A stretch of DNA of 64,000 nt from Lepidodermella squamata (GCA_047495785.1 JBLDXI010000029.1:1984001-2048000); one strand, 5' to 3'; counted from the stretch's first letter, positions 12,615-24,299 are shown. Notes: generated from the sequence alone by a model not told the origin. Made by a program: numbers and translations.

Positions 12615-13212
12615 AAATCCGGCCTAAGATGTGGTGGGGATGATTCCTACCATCCCTAGCGGTACTTCGCTGTAGCGGTAGTTTCGATCGTTGATATGAC
12701 TCCCGGACGAAACATGGTCGTGCGATACATCGGATGTTTTGCAACAAGTTTGTTTTGCCGCTGTAATTTTCACCACGATTAATGTGGAGTTTACGCTCGT
12801 GGTCAATGGAAACCGTGCATGAAGTGTGGCAAAGTCATTTTTTACATAAATAAAAATAATTTATTATTGGATCGTGTCATTTGTTTGTGTCATCTGCCGG
12901 AGTCAAAGAAACGATGAATGGACACAAGTTTATTTCGATTACATCGCGGAAGAACTTGCACTTCGGTGAAAGTCCGGCATTAGACCGAGTACAGTAATTG
13001 TAAGAATCCTGAAAAACTACAGTCAACCAACCGTACTCGACTGTACTGAAATCAGAAAAAAACACCATCAGAAAAGTGCGAGGTCTTCCGCGACGTGAAC
13101 GATGTATGAGGCATGAGATAGCAAGTTATTTCGTCAGATTTGCCGGGTACGATTTATTTTTCGCTTGTTAACAAGTTCGCTTCGCTTTCGCTTGTTTCAT
13201 CGCATTACTTTT

Positions 13213-14325
13213 TTAGCAACCTCCTCCTCCGCATCCCCCTCCGCCTCCACATCCTCCTCTTCCTCCACCACATCCCCCACCACTTGCCGCTTGAAAAACA
13301 AGAAGAAATTGCGGGTGAAAACAAAAACTGAGTGTTCAGTGATATATTCATCTAAGACTTAACGATAGGATTTACTTTGCATTGCGTTTTGCCTATCTAT
13401 CTCTGCTCTCTCCACCTGAACTTCAGGGTCGTCCGCATAGGCAGCAGAAATGAAGCACATGTTAACTGAGTAGTGATCCGGTTTTCCAACCAGTTGTCGA
13501 TTGCTGCATTTGCAACACATCGTAAAGCAAACGACGAAGTAGCTCACCGTCAGCAAAGACTGAACTGCGAAGGTTGCCCAGCCAATGGGCCAGGATAGCA
13601 GCTCATGTTTGAAGCATGGTCTCGTTAGAGCTTGGAGAAATCCGACAAGGAACGATATGTACATTATGGCCAGAAGAATATCCTATAAAATATCTTGTTA
13701 AAATAACAACAAACATTTAAAGAAAATCTCATAGAAGCTCCGCCACTTAGTTTTTGCAATTCAATAAAATAATCTGTATATCAAAAAAGGTGTGAGCGAA
13801 TCCGCCACGGAACTGTATGAATAATATGGTCACGAGAATATCCTGGGACAGAAAGGGACGCATTTTGTATGTATGTTGATTTCTAATGTTTAATAGAAAG
13901 CGTATATCTCTCAGCGAAGTCATATTGTAGGCCCAGCTGTAGCATCTTTTGACCAAAAGCTGCAGAATAGCGGCTAAAATGCCTAAGAAAGACGGCGTGA
14001 TGATCCATCCTGAGTACGGCCAATTCTGCTGTTGTAAATTCACCGCATCAACTTTGTCTTTATAAAGGCTTAGATCGACGATATAGACTATCGCTAGAGC
14101 CATGTATACAATGTTGAGTACAAGTTGAAGCAGTCTTGCGATTCCATAGCCTGATTACAGTCTTATTGAAATCAAGCTCGGTTTAGGTCTGACTATCTCA
14201 ACATCAATGATGGGTGGTTGGGCGTAAATGGTGGGCCTGGCTATGAGACATAAACTGCCGGTCGAAGAGAAGCAAGCTGCTGCTCATTTTGCTCAGGACC
14301 GTACACCGCTAGCGGATGGGTTGAG
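13213..14325 (-). pseudogene. Copy G6; exon 1 5'-truncated with a dead donor; exons 13682-13376 and 13289-13213 intact
   Basis: Exon 1 donor reads tcg|CTgag instead of GT, with a 2-nt insertion in AVYV(I) and no promoter. Tail TASGGGCGGGRGGCGGGGGCGGGGC*. Confidence 0.7.
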
Positions 14326-17300
14326 AGTGAAAACAAAAACTGAGTGTTCAGTGATATATTTATCTAAGGCTTAATGATAGGACTTACGTTTCATTGTGTT
14401 TAGCCTAGCTATCTCTGCTCTCTCCGCCTGAACTTCAGGGTCGTCCGCATAGGCTGCAGAAATGAAGCACATGTTAACTGAGTAGTGATCCGGTTTTCCA
14501 ACCAGTTGTCGATTGCTGCATTTGCAACACATGGTGAACCAAACGACGAAGTAGCTCATCGTCAGCAACGATTGCACTGCGACGATCGCCCAGCCGATGG
14601 GCCACGAAATCAAAGTATGTTCGAAGCCTGGTCTCGTTAAGTTGTAGACAAAGCCGGCAAGAAATGGCGCATACAATATAGCCAGGAGAGAATCCTGTTA
14701 AATATGTTAACATGTCGTTAGAAACGTTGAATAACTCGGATTTAGGTTTGTTTACTTCCATTTCATGATGATAGGTGACAAGTATAAAGTCTTTTGTTAT
14801 TGCCTCGTCAATCCACGTTAAAAAGCCGCTTTTTACTTGTCACCCGTGCCCTTCGACCGGATATAAACAAGCCGAAATCCGAGTTATTCAACGTCGCTAA
14901 CGATGTTTTTAACAAAATCTCATAGAAGCTCCGCCAGTTAGTTTACGCAATTTAATCGAATAATCTGCATATCAAATAAGGTGTAAGCGAATCCGCCACG
15001 GAATAGCATGAATAACATGGTAAGGAGAATATCCTGTTGTGAAAATTATCATGCTACTCATACGTTTCTAGTGATTCATTCATATAAGAGAGATAAATTA
15101 AGCGTATCCTAATTATTATTCCTAGGTAATTAATATAATTATTAGTAGAAAAACATATCTCTCTTACCGAAATCTTATCGTAGGCCCAACAGTGGCAACT
15201 TTTGACCAGAAGCTGCAGGACAGCGGCTAAAAGGCCGAAGAAAGACGGCGTGATGATCCATCCTGAGTACGGCCATTCCTTCTGAAATATTGAAGCATCA
15301 CCAGCAGCAACAACTTTGTCTTTATAAAGGCTCAGATCGATGATATAGACTATCGCTAGAGCCATGTATACAATGTTGAGTACAAGTTGAAGCAGTCTTG
15401 CGATTCCATAGCCTGATTACAGTCTTATTGAAATCAAGCTCGGTTTAGGTCTGACTATCTCAACATCAATGATGGGTGGTTGGGCGTAAATGGTGGGCCT
15501 GGCTATGAGACATAAACTGCCGGTCGAAGAGAAGCAAGCTGCTGCTCATTTTGCTCAGGACCGTACACCGCTAGCGGATGGGTTGAGAGTGAAAACAAAA
15601 ACTGAGTGTTCAGTGATATATTTATCTAAGGCTTAATGATAGGACTTACGTTTCATTGTGTTTAGCCTAGCTATCTCTGCTCTCTCCGCCTGAACTTCAG
15701 GGTCGTCCGCATAGGCTGCAGAAATGAAGCACATGTTAACTGAGTAGTGATCCGGTTTTCCAACCAGTTGTCGATTGCTGCATTTGCAACACATGGTGAA
15801 CCAAACGACGAAGTAGCTCATCGTCAGCAACGATTGCACTGCGACGATCGCCCAGCCGATGGGCCACGAAATCAAAGTATGTTCGAAGCCTGGTCTCGTT
15901 AAGTTGTAGACAAAGCCGGCAAGAAATGGCGCATACAATATAGCCAGGAGAGAATCCTGTTAAATATGTTAACATGTCGTTAGAAACGTTGAATAACTCG
16001 GATTTAGGTTTGTTTACTTCCATTTCATGATGATAGGTGACAAGTATAAAGTCTTTTGTTATTGCCTCGTCAATCCACGTTAAAAAGCCGCTTTTTACTT
16101 GTCACCCGTGCCCTTCGACCGGATATAAACAAGCCGAAATCCGAGTTATTCAACGTCGCTAACGATGTTTTTAACAAAATCTCATAGAAGCTCCGCCAGT
16201 TAGTTTACGCAATTTAATCGAATAATCTGCATATCAAATAAGGTGTAAGCGAATCCGCCACGGAATAGCATGAATAACATGGTAAGGAGAATATCCTGTT
16301 GTGAAAATTATCATGCTACTCATACGTTTCTAGTGATTCATTCATATAAGAGAGATAAATTAAGCGTATCCTAATTATTATTCCTAGGTAATTAATATAA
16401 TTATTAGTAGAAAAACATATCTCTCTTACCGAAATCTTATCGTAGGCCCAACAGTGGCAACTTTTGACCAGAAGCTGCAGGACAGCGGCTAAAAGGCCGA
16501 AGAAAGACGGCGTGATGATCCATCCTGAGTACGGCCATTCCTTCTGAAATATTGAAGCATCACCAGCAGCAACAACTTTGTCTTTATAAAGGCTCAGATC
16601 GATGATATAGACTATCGCTAGAGCCATGTATACAATGTTGAGTACAAGTTGAAGCAGTCTTGCGATTCCATAGCCTGATTACAGTCTTATTGAAATCAAG
16701 CTCGGTTTAGGTCTGACTATCTCAACATCAATGATGGGTGGTTGGGCGTAAATGGTGGGCCTGGCTATGAGACATAAACTGCCGGTCGAAGAGAAGCAAG
16801 CTGCTGCTCATTTTGCTCAGGACCGTACACCGCTAGCGGATGGGTTGAGAGTGAAAACAAAAACTGAGTGTTCAGTGATATATTTATCTAAGGCTTAATG
16901 ATAGGACTTACGTTTCATTGTGTTTAGCCTAGCTATCTCTGCTCTCTCCGCCTGAACTTCAGGGTCGTCCGCATAGGCTGCAGAAATGAAGCACATGTTA
17001 ACTGAGTAGTGATCCGGTTTTCCAACCAGTTGTCGATTGCTGCATTTGCAACACATGGTGAACCAAACGACGAAGTAGCTCATCGTCAGCAACGATTGCA
17101 CTGCGACGATCGCCCAGCCGATGGGCCACGAAATCAAAGTATGTTCGAAGCCTGGTCTCGTTAAGTTGTAGACAAAGCCGGCAAGAAATGGCGCATACAA
17201 TATAGCCAGGAGAGAATCCTGTTAAATATGTTAACATGTCGTTAGAAACGTTGAATAACTCGGATTTAGGTTTGTTTACTTCCATTTCATGATGATAGGT

Positions 17301-17872
17301 GACAAGTATAAAGTCTTTTGTTATTGCCTCGTCAATTCACGTTAAAAAGCCGCTTTTTACTTGTCACCCGTGCCCTTCGACCGGATATAAACAAGCCGAA
17401 ATCCGAGTTATTCAACGTCGCTAACGATGTTTTTAACAAAATCTCATAGAAGCTCCGCCAGTTAGTTTACGCAATTTAATCGAATAATCTGCATATCAAA
17501 TAAGGTGTAAGCGAATCCGCCACGGAATAGCATGAATAACATGGTAAGGAGAATATCCTGTTGTGAAAATTATCATGCTACTCATACGTTTCTAGTGATT
17601 CATTCATATAAGAGAGATAAATTAAGCGTATCCTAATTATTATTCCTAGGTAATTAATATAATTATTAGTAGAAAAACATATCTCTCTTACCGAAATCTT
17701 ATCGTAGGCCCAACAGTGGCAACTTTTGACCAGAAGCTGCAGGACAGCGGCTAAAAGGCCGAAGAAAGACGGCGTGATGATCCATCCTGAGTACGGCCAT
17801 TCCTTCTGAAATATTGAAGCATCACCAGCAGCAACAACTTTGTCTTTATAAAGGCTCAGATCGATGATATAG
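14080..17872. repeat. Near-perfect tandem triplication, unit 1262 bp (contains chimeric partial copies G7 and G8)
   Basis: Identical ORFs at 14371/15633/16895 and 15054/16316. I saw only one substitution (caatccacg vs caattcacg near 17336). Both ends fall in exon 1 coding homology. Confidence 0.95.
14715..14903. mobile_element. 189-bp MITE with TCGTTAG termini and TG 2-bp TSD in intron 1 (repeated at +1262 and +2524)
   Basis: TIR tcgttagaaacgttgaataactcggattt / aaatccgagttattcaacgtcgctaacga; absent from paralogous introns (13.7 kb, 55.9 kb). Confidence 0.8.
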
Positions 17873-18285
17873 GCTATTGATAGAGCCATGTATACAATGT
17901 TGAGTATAAGTTGAAGCAGTCTTGCGATTCTATAGCCTGATCGCAATCTAATTGAAATTAAGCTCAGTTTAGGTCTGACTATCTCAACATCAATGATGGG
18001 TGGTTCGACATTCTCAGCATTCATGACGGTTGGGTGTGCTTGAATGGTTGGCCTCGATATGAAATAAACCGGCGGTCGATGAGAAGCTAACTGCTGCTCA
18101 TATTGTTGAGCTTTGTTGGCTAGTCGAGACTCATAAACCACTGGCCGGTTGGTAGAGAGCTGCAGGTGGTCGGGATGAAATTGGGTAGCGACTGGAGGAC
18201 CACTATGAACCGGTTGATGAATTGCGAACGGAGGCTCATTGCCATTGAATTGGCGAGCAGATGGAGGGGCAGCTTGAAGCTCCAT
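16765..18285 (-). CDS. Copy G9; exons 18285-17692, 17218-16912 and a possible substitute last exon 16832-16765
   Basis: Promoter, uORF and exons 1-2 are intact. The native Gly/Cys exon is missing downstream; a cryptic tag| acceptor gives PVYGPEQNEQQLASLRPAVYVS*. Confidence 0.6.
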
Positions 18286-18343
18286 TTAAAATGTTATGTG
18301 AATTGGATATGTGGATTCGAGACGCTTTTGAAAGCTGAAGGCG

Positions 18344-18358
18344 TCATGGCTGACTCAT
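18344..18358 (-). promoter_or_regulatory. Conserved 4-codon uORF (ATG AGT CAG CCA TGA) overlapping an AP-1 site TGAGTCA; representative of 13 copies
   Basis: Same element at 3631, 9170, 12032, 25886, 32950, 39304, 46695, 49650, 51576, 53844, 56709 and 57015. Confidence 0.6.
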
Positions 18359-18469
18359 TCCTGAGCATGAACAACGTGTTTTCTAAGTCGGTTAGTTCAA
18401 TATCTATGTTCAATATAAATGTTTGCGGGCTCAATATACCTTAGAAGATACTCCGAGGAGCAATGCATT

Positions 18470-18507
18470 AGTCAAGACTGACTAAATGTTTGATTCCGCC
18501 TTTTATA
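18470..18507 (-). promoter_or_regulatory. TATA box + Initiator core promoter of the family (G9)
   Basis: Minus strand TATAAAA-N15-TTAGTCAGTC, with TATA 28 nt upstream of the Inr A. Same spacing at 57158-57189; related motifs near 6120, 9320, 26025, 46820, 51690, 53970 and 56852. Confidence 0.7.
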
Positions 18508-19362
18508 GCGTTTGTAATGACGACTAGGAAACATTTTTCCCCATGACTGATCAGATTGACACATTTCATGTTGGGTTACTACACGTTTCACGTTTCACAC
18601 TGGGATAGCTGTTTATTAGGATAGTTTTCGAAGAGGTTCTACGCTCAGATATTTGGACCGTCTTGAGATCAGAATGTTGCTATTCATGTAGCCAAAATAT
18701 CGGGCCAGACTGAATATTAATGATTTGCTCTCAAAAGCCGCTTTTGCTAAACAATTTGCAAATTTAAATTGGTGTTACTTAGGTATATGGAAAATGATAT
18801 TTATTTATTTATTTCAATCCTGATGCGCCCTTCGGCACTTTTAGAAAATGGGGTTAATACGCTGGCTAACGGAGTGGCTAAGACGCTGGCTACCACGGCG
18901 GTGATGGGTTTCACACCCTGGACTCTCCTGGTGCGCGACATGCTTGCGGGAACTGAGCGCACAGCCCGCATTCGTTTTTTTCCGCCACGCAGACACGAAT
19001 GGCGACAGTACGGGGGTTCCCCCCATCGCGTAACAGCTGATTCGACATATGGGTACATGAGTGCATCTTATTCATTTCGTTTCAATCAGGGCAGCACCGT
19101 TGCCAATCGAGTTTCTTTTTCTTCAATTCGATTTGCGGGCAGTATCGGGAATTCGATAAAAAAACTCGAACCAGTAAAAACCAGTCCTAAAAATTATGTT
19201 TGCAAATTGATTCATGGATTGCGCGATTAAGGTAAAAAGCGGACTCATGGGTACGAATCGACGCACGGCTTTTTTAACTTACAGCCTCAAACACAATGCA
19301 TGAGTAAATAACAAAACTCAATTTTATTGATAAAGTGCGAAGTGTCATCGGCCTCTACATCA

Positions 19363-20147
19363 TTATCCTCCTCCACTGCATCCCCATGTAGATTCCCATT
19401 TAAATCTCCGACCACTTGCATCCTGAAAAACACACAGAGAACACATCAGAGACTTAGTGATAGGAAATTGTGACTTACCTCGAATTGCGCGTTGCCGAGC
19501 GATTTCTGCTCTCTCCAGCCGAACTTCAGGGTCGGCCGCGTAGGCAGCAGAAAGGCAGCACATTTTAGGTGAGTATCGATTTGGTTTTCCGACCAGGTGT
19601 CCGACCAGCAAACGATGATGTAGCTCATCGTCAGCAACGATTGCACTGCGACGATTGCCCAGCCGATGGGCCATGAGATCAAAGCATGTTCGAAGCATGG
19701 CCTCGTTAGGGTGTAGACAAAGGCGATAACGAATGGTATGTACAATAAAGTCAGAAGAAAATCCTGTAAAAAATGAATTTCAAAGAGAGGTCTTATTTTC
19801 GCAATTGGATATAATGATCTTTGAGACGAACAATACAGTGCTGAATCTTTATAACGAACTTCTTTAATGCTAGTAAAAAATGTTCGTTATAACAACAATT
19901 TGTTATGAAGATTCTGCATCAAAATCATATCGTAAGCCCAGCTGTAGCACGGTTTGACCAAAAGCTGTAGGACAGCGGCCAAGAGACCGAAGAAAGACGG
20001 TGTAATGACCCATCCCGAAAATCGCCACTGCTGATAGCGTCGATACAGTTCGAGAGATCTATCGTTATGCAGAGCGCCATCTTTGAGCTATTTATCTTCA
20101 TAGTGGCTCAGGTCGACTATATTGACTATTGCTAAGGCTATGTACAT
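19363..20147 (-). pseudogene. Copy G10, decayed
   Basis: Exon 1 is 5'-truncated and has lost its donor; exon 2 lacks FTMCCKCSNRQ and is frameshifted; exon 3 is out of phase. Confidence 0.8.
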
Positions 20148-20567
20148 TCAACATCAGCTAGTGACACTGCTAATATACAAGTTTTACTAAAAGTTAAATC
20201 GGGCCGTGGGCTGGCATACAATGATGTGAACCTGATAGTTATCCTGCGAATGACAGCAGCGCGGCCACAGATTTTCCGATGAATATTCCAAAAGCTAGCC
20301 TTCTTGTTCTTATTTTATTTATGAAGCTCGGGATATGATACTATTTAGTAAAATGATTGCCGAGGGCTCTACAGCTACTACCAACTCCTTCTCCCCCTCC
20401 ACCACTTCCAATACCAGCAGCTACGCCACCGCATCCACCAAATCCACCTAATCCTCCCCCACCAGCGACCGCTACAAAAAAAACAGAAAGTGGGATTGAA
20501 AACACAAACTACGAGAGCGAAATCAACGGAGCAATAATATAGAAAATTATGCTGTAACTTGTTTGTA

Positions 20568-20609
20568 AATGAGCAATGAGCAATGAGCAATGAGCAATGA
20601 GCAATGAGC
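20568..20609 (+). repeat. (AATGAGC)6 at the LINE 5' junction
   Basis: Six exact heptamers matching the target-site sequence, followed by a recopy of the flank tgtttgtaaat. Confidence 0.9.
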
Positions 20610-20622
20610 AATGTTTGTAAAT

Positions 20623-23505
20623 CGATCCAACGTCCAACGGAGGTGGCGTAGGACTGTTGATCTACAAGCTATATAATGTTATTTGCGACCGAGTCATCGC
20701 TTCAACGAAAATTGAAAATCAGCAATGCATAATTAAGCTGCCGTCTGGTAAAACTCTAGCACTAACCGCCATTTACCGAAGGCCAAGTGATAGCGAGACC
20801 TTCACAGCATCTGACGCTGACGAAGTTGAGGCGTTTTTGACTGAATGCTTAACAACTAAGGCCGACTATCACATAATTACTGGTGACTTCAATTGGAATC
20901 TTCTTAACCCGAAGGTTGCAGAGGCGATGAAGGAAGTTTTTAATGACTTTGGCCTGCATCCGGCCTATGCTAACTTGGTAACACGTCCTGCTTCTGGAAA
21001 GTGCCTGGATCATTTCTGGTCAAACGTTCCTGACTCGGAAGTGGCAATGGCTGGGACAGTAGTCGGGCTCAGCGACCATTACGGAACGACAATGGTTCTT
21101 GAGAACAGTGGCGTTACTGAAACGAAAAATGCAGATGTTCGCGTAATACGTGACCTGCGCAACGTTGACTCGAATCGTTTAAATTGCATTCTGGGAGCTA
21201 AATTAGATTCGATCGATCAGAAGGCATTTCATGACTGTGAAAGCTATTGGAAAATTATCAAAGCCTACATACTGGAAGCGGTCAACGAAGTTGCCCCGTT
21301 GATTGTGAAGAAGCCCAATCAACCAAACAAAAAGCGGAAGCCCAGTGTTGACCCGACCCTATCACGGCGTGAAAGGAAAAGAATACGTCGAAAAATGCGT
21401 CGAGAAAAATATCACAAGCGTCTGACTGAAGCAGGTCGAGATCCGCGCAAAATATGGCGCGTGATAAATGATTTCAGACCGAAACCCAAACGCGGTGGAC
21501 CCTTTCAAGAGCTCGGTGGAAATGAGTCATTGGAAAAGGCAAATGCTTTCAATGTATTTTTCGCGCAAGCCGGCGCGAAAGTTGCTCAAACATTAGCGGC
21601 GAGCCTCAGCTTTGTTAGGCGCCGAAAAAAGTATCCTAACCTCGAATTTCGGTCTGTCTCGCTAGCTGAAGTGGAGGCAGCTATCGATAAACTATCCTAC
21701 AAAGCGACAACTGGCTATGACGGCATACCTGAGTGCGTTGTAAAGATGACCAAATCCACAATCTCCTGTCATCTGGCGAGATTATTCAACATGGGAATCG
21801 CGGAAGGAGTCTTTGTTTCAGACTGGAAGATTTCGATCGTATCTCCTCTTCACAAATCGGGAAACCGTACTGACCTAAGCAATTATCGTCCCATATCAAT
21901 AACATCACCGATCGCCCGTACATTTGAGCGATGCTTGTCATTCCAACTAAAAAAGCATCTTTTCGAATTCTGGACACCGGCACAGCATGGATTTAGGGAG
22001 AAGCATTCCACAGACACCTGTGTCGGCGAATTCACTGAGGACTGGAGACGTTCTATGTGTGAAGGCAAGGTCGTTGGTGCCATTTCAATCGACCTATCAA
22101 AGGCATTCGATACGTTGAACCATGGTGGCATCATCGAGTCATTCAAAAGTGCGGGTCTTTCAACAAGCGCCCTGAATCTACTGAGTAACTACCTGAGCGA
22201 TCGCCGCCAGGCTACAAAGATTAACAGCGCACTATCTGCCTTCGAAGAAATTCACCATGGTGTGCCTCAGGGCTCAGTTTTAGGGCCACTTATGTTTACA
22301 GTGTACGTAAATGAACTATCACTCGTCGTTACGCGCTGCGGAATCAAACAATACGCAGACGATATAACAATTTATTTCGCCAGTCGGAACGTCAACGAAC
22401 TCAGATCGGTTCTTCAACAGGAAATCAATCGGGTTTGTTGCTGGTTGAAATCCAACTCCTTGCAGGTTAACGGTAAAAAGTCGCAATTTTTGATATTGAA
22501 ATGCGCGATGCCTACGGCTCCGGATTTCTGTATTAAAATCGGCGACGCAATTGTTAAGCCGTCAAGTGCAATGGTAACACTTGGCTTTACGATCGACAAT
22601 AAACTGTCTTTCAAGAAGCACATAAATGGTGCCAAAAGCAAAGCAAGAAGAGGTTTGTTTGCTCTCAAGCTGGCCTCGAAGTTCGTAAGTCGTAGGACTG
22701 CTATCTTAATGGCCAATGGTTTGATATTTAGTCACTTGAATTACGGTGACCTGACCTTGGGCCAAGCTGCCCCGACCACACTGGCCAGGCTTCAATCGAC
22801 GCAAGACCGAGCAGTTCGAGTTATTTGTGGCGCTCATCCGCTCGCTGATGCTCAACCACTGCGACATCGCCTTGGCTGGGTTGACGTGGAACAAAAACAC
22901 GCCATCCACCTGGCCACCTTCATATGGAAGTGCCTTAACAAGCAAGCACCGGCTGCAATGCAAGCGCTTTTTTGTCTGAACCCGCCTCCCCGATACGAGG
23001 TTCGAAATTCCGAACCCATGTTCAAGCCGAAATGCGACTCAAAACGAGAAATGCTTAGTCTGAGTTACAGAGGTCCCGAACTGTGGAATCAACTGCCTAT
23101 TGAGGCACGGCAGGCCGAGTCAGCTGACATGTGCCGTTCAATTGCTCACGCTTTTTTCTACAACAAAAATGCCTCTAGTTTAGCACTTTAATAAATTGAT
23201 TGCACTCTATTTTTTTACTGTTGTGAAGCTATTATGAGCTGCTACTGCCTTTTATGAAGTTGTTGAGATTTTGTTTTAATATTATCTTTATTATTTTTAC
23301 ACACTATGTACTACTGATCCAAATTGTTGACTGATCACTGCTACATATTAAAACGATGAATGGTCCAAACCTTTGTTTCGTCTCACTGTGTTCACTTTTC
23401 CTGTCCTAAATCTGAACCTGTCCTGAAATTATCTGTTGCTTTTTCCTTCAAACATTGTCAAGCTGCCCTCTCTTGGGTGTCATAGCTTCTAAATAAATAA
23501 ATAAA
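20623..23505 (+). mobile_element. 5'-truncated LINE (CR1/L2/Daphne-group-like) with APE endonuclease-RT ORF and (TAAA)n tail
   Basis: APE motifs GGGVGLLI, ITGDFN, LDHFW, SDHY; RT motifs YRPIS, QHGFR, DLSKAFD, GVPQGSVLGP, YADD; 3' aaataaataaataaa. Confidence 0.93.
20657..23191 (+). CDS. LINE ORF2 (endonuclease + reverse transcriptase), N-terminally truncated
   Basis: 844-codon stop-free frame that starts inside the endonuclease domain with no true initiator ATG. Confidence 0.9.
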   Translation: MIYKLYNVICDRVIASTKIENQQCIIKLPSGKTLALTAIYRRPSDSETFTASDADEVEAFLTECLTTKADYHIITGDFNWNLLNPKVAEAMKEVFNDFGLHPAYANLVTRPASGKCLDHFWSNVPDSEVAMAGTVVGLSDHYGTTMVLENSGVTETKNADVRVIRDLRNVDSNRLNCILGAKLDSIDQKAFHDCESYWKIIKAYILEAVNEVAPLIVKKPNQPNKKRKPSVDPTLSRRERKRIRRKMRREKYHKRLTEAGRDPRKIWRVINDFRPKPKRGGPFQELGGNESLEKANAFNVFFAQAGAKVAQTLAASLSFVRRRKKYPNLEFRSVSLAEVEAAIDKLSYKATTGYDGIPECVVKMTKSTISCHLARLFNMGIAEGVFVSDWKISIVSPLHKSGNRTDLSNYRPISITSPIARTFERCLSFQLKKHLFEFWTPAQHGFREKHSTDTCVGEFTEDWRRSMCEGKVVGAISIDLSKAFDTLNHGGIIESFKSAGLSTSALNLLSNYLSDRRQATKINSALSAFEEIHHGVPQGSVLGPLMFTVYVNELSLVVTRCGIKQYADDITIYFASRNVNELRSVLQQEINRVCCWLKSNSLQVNGKKSQFLILKCAMPTAPDFCIKIGDAIVKPSSAMVTLGFTIDNKLSFKKHINGAKSKARRGLFALKLASKFVSRRTAILMANGLIFSHLNYGDLTLGQAAPTTLARLQSTQDRAVRVICGAHPLADAQPLRHRLGWVDVEQKHAIHLATFIWKCLNKQAPAAMQALFCLNPPPRYEVRNSEPMFKPKCDSKREMLSLSYRGPELWNQLPIEARQAESADMCRSIAHAFFYNKNASSLAL

Positions 23506-23690
23506 CATTGATTTAGGAGAGTCAAAAATAAGGAAATTACGACTCACCCCGGATGGCGCCTAGCCGATCATCCTCTGCTCTTATCTCCACTTGCACTTTA
23601 GGGTCTGCCGCGTATGCAGCTGAAAGGCAGCACATGCCAACTGGGTAATGATCCGGTTTTCCAATCAGATGCCGATTGCTGCATTTGCAA

Positions 23691-24299
23691 TGTTGGGGCC
23701 CGAGCCCGATGTCGGCCCGTATGCGTTCGGGCCGGCCTGTGTGCGACCGGGTAATAGCAATTTTCCACTCCGCGCTCCGGCCGCTTTAAAACATGCCCGT
23801 ATGCGACGATTACTGTAAATTTAACAAATTCGATGAAATCACGCTTCACCGCACACGGGCCTGTCAAGGTGTTGGCCCGAGCACGGCGGAGAACAATGGG
23901 ATCCAGCGCTATTGTTCAGCGCCGCACTCGGGCCGCCGGGCTCGGGCCTCTGGAATCGATCGCCCGGTTTGGGCCGCCGGGCTCGGGTCATCCTACAACC
24001 AAAGCCCTATCCGGTAACTGTATCAAGTCCCGGCCCAAACCCGACGGCCCGAGTACGGCGCGCGCGAATGCCTAACAATAGCGCTGGATCCCATTGTTCT
24101 CCGCCGTGCTCGGGCCAACACCTTGGCCGGCCCGTGTGCGGTGAAGCGTGATTTCATCGAATTTGTTAAATTTACAGTAAACGTCGCATACGGGCATGTT
24201 TTAAAGCGGCCCGAACGCGGAGTGGCAAATCAATGTTACCCGTCTGCGTACGGGCCGGCCCGAACGCGTACGGGCAGAATTCGGACTCGGGCCCCAACA
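23691..24299. mobile_element. 609-bp fold-back MITE, TGTT...AACA termini, GCAA 4-bp TSD (Ginger-like signature), inside exon 2 of G11
   Basis: ttGCAA|tgttggggcccgag...ctcgggccccaaca|GCAAcacatcg; the empty site gcatttgcaacacatcg is present in paralogs. Confidence 0.9.

Noticed and set aside
14080-17872. CRISPR-like or prokaryotic repeat system
   Set aside because: Units are kilobase gene fragments with spliceosomal introns; there are no repeat-spacer arrays or cas genes.
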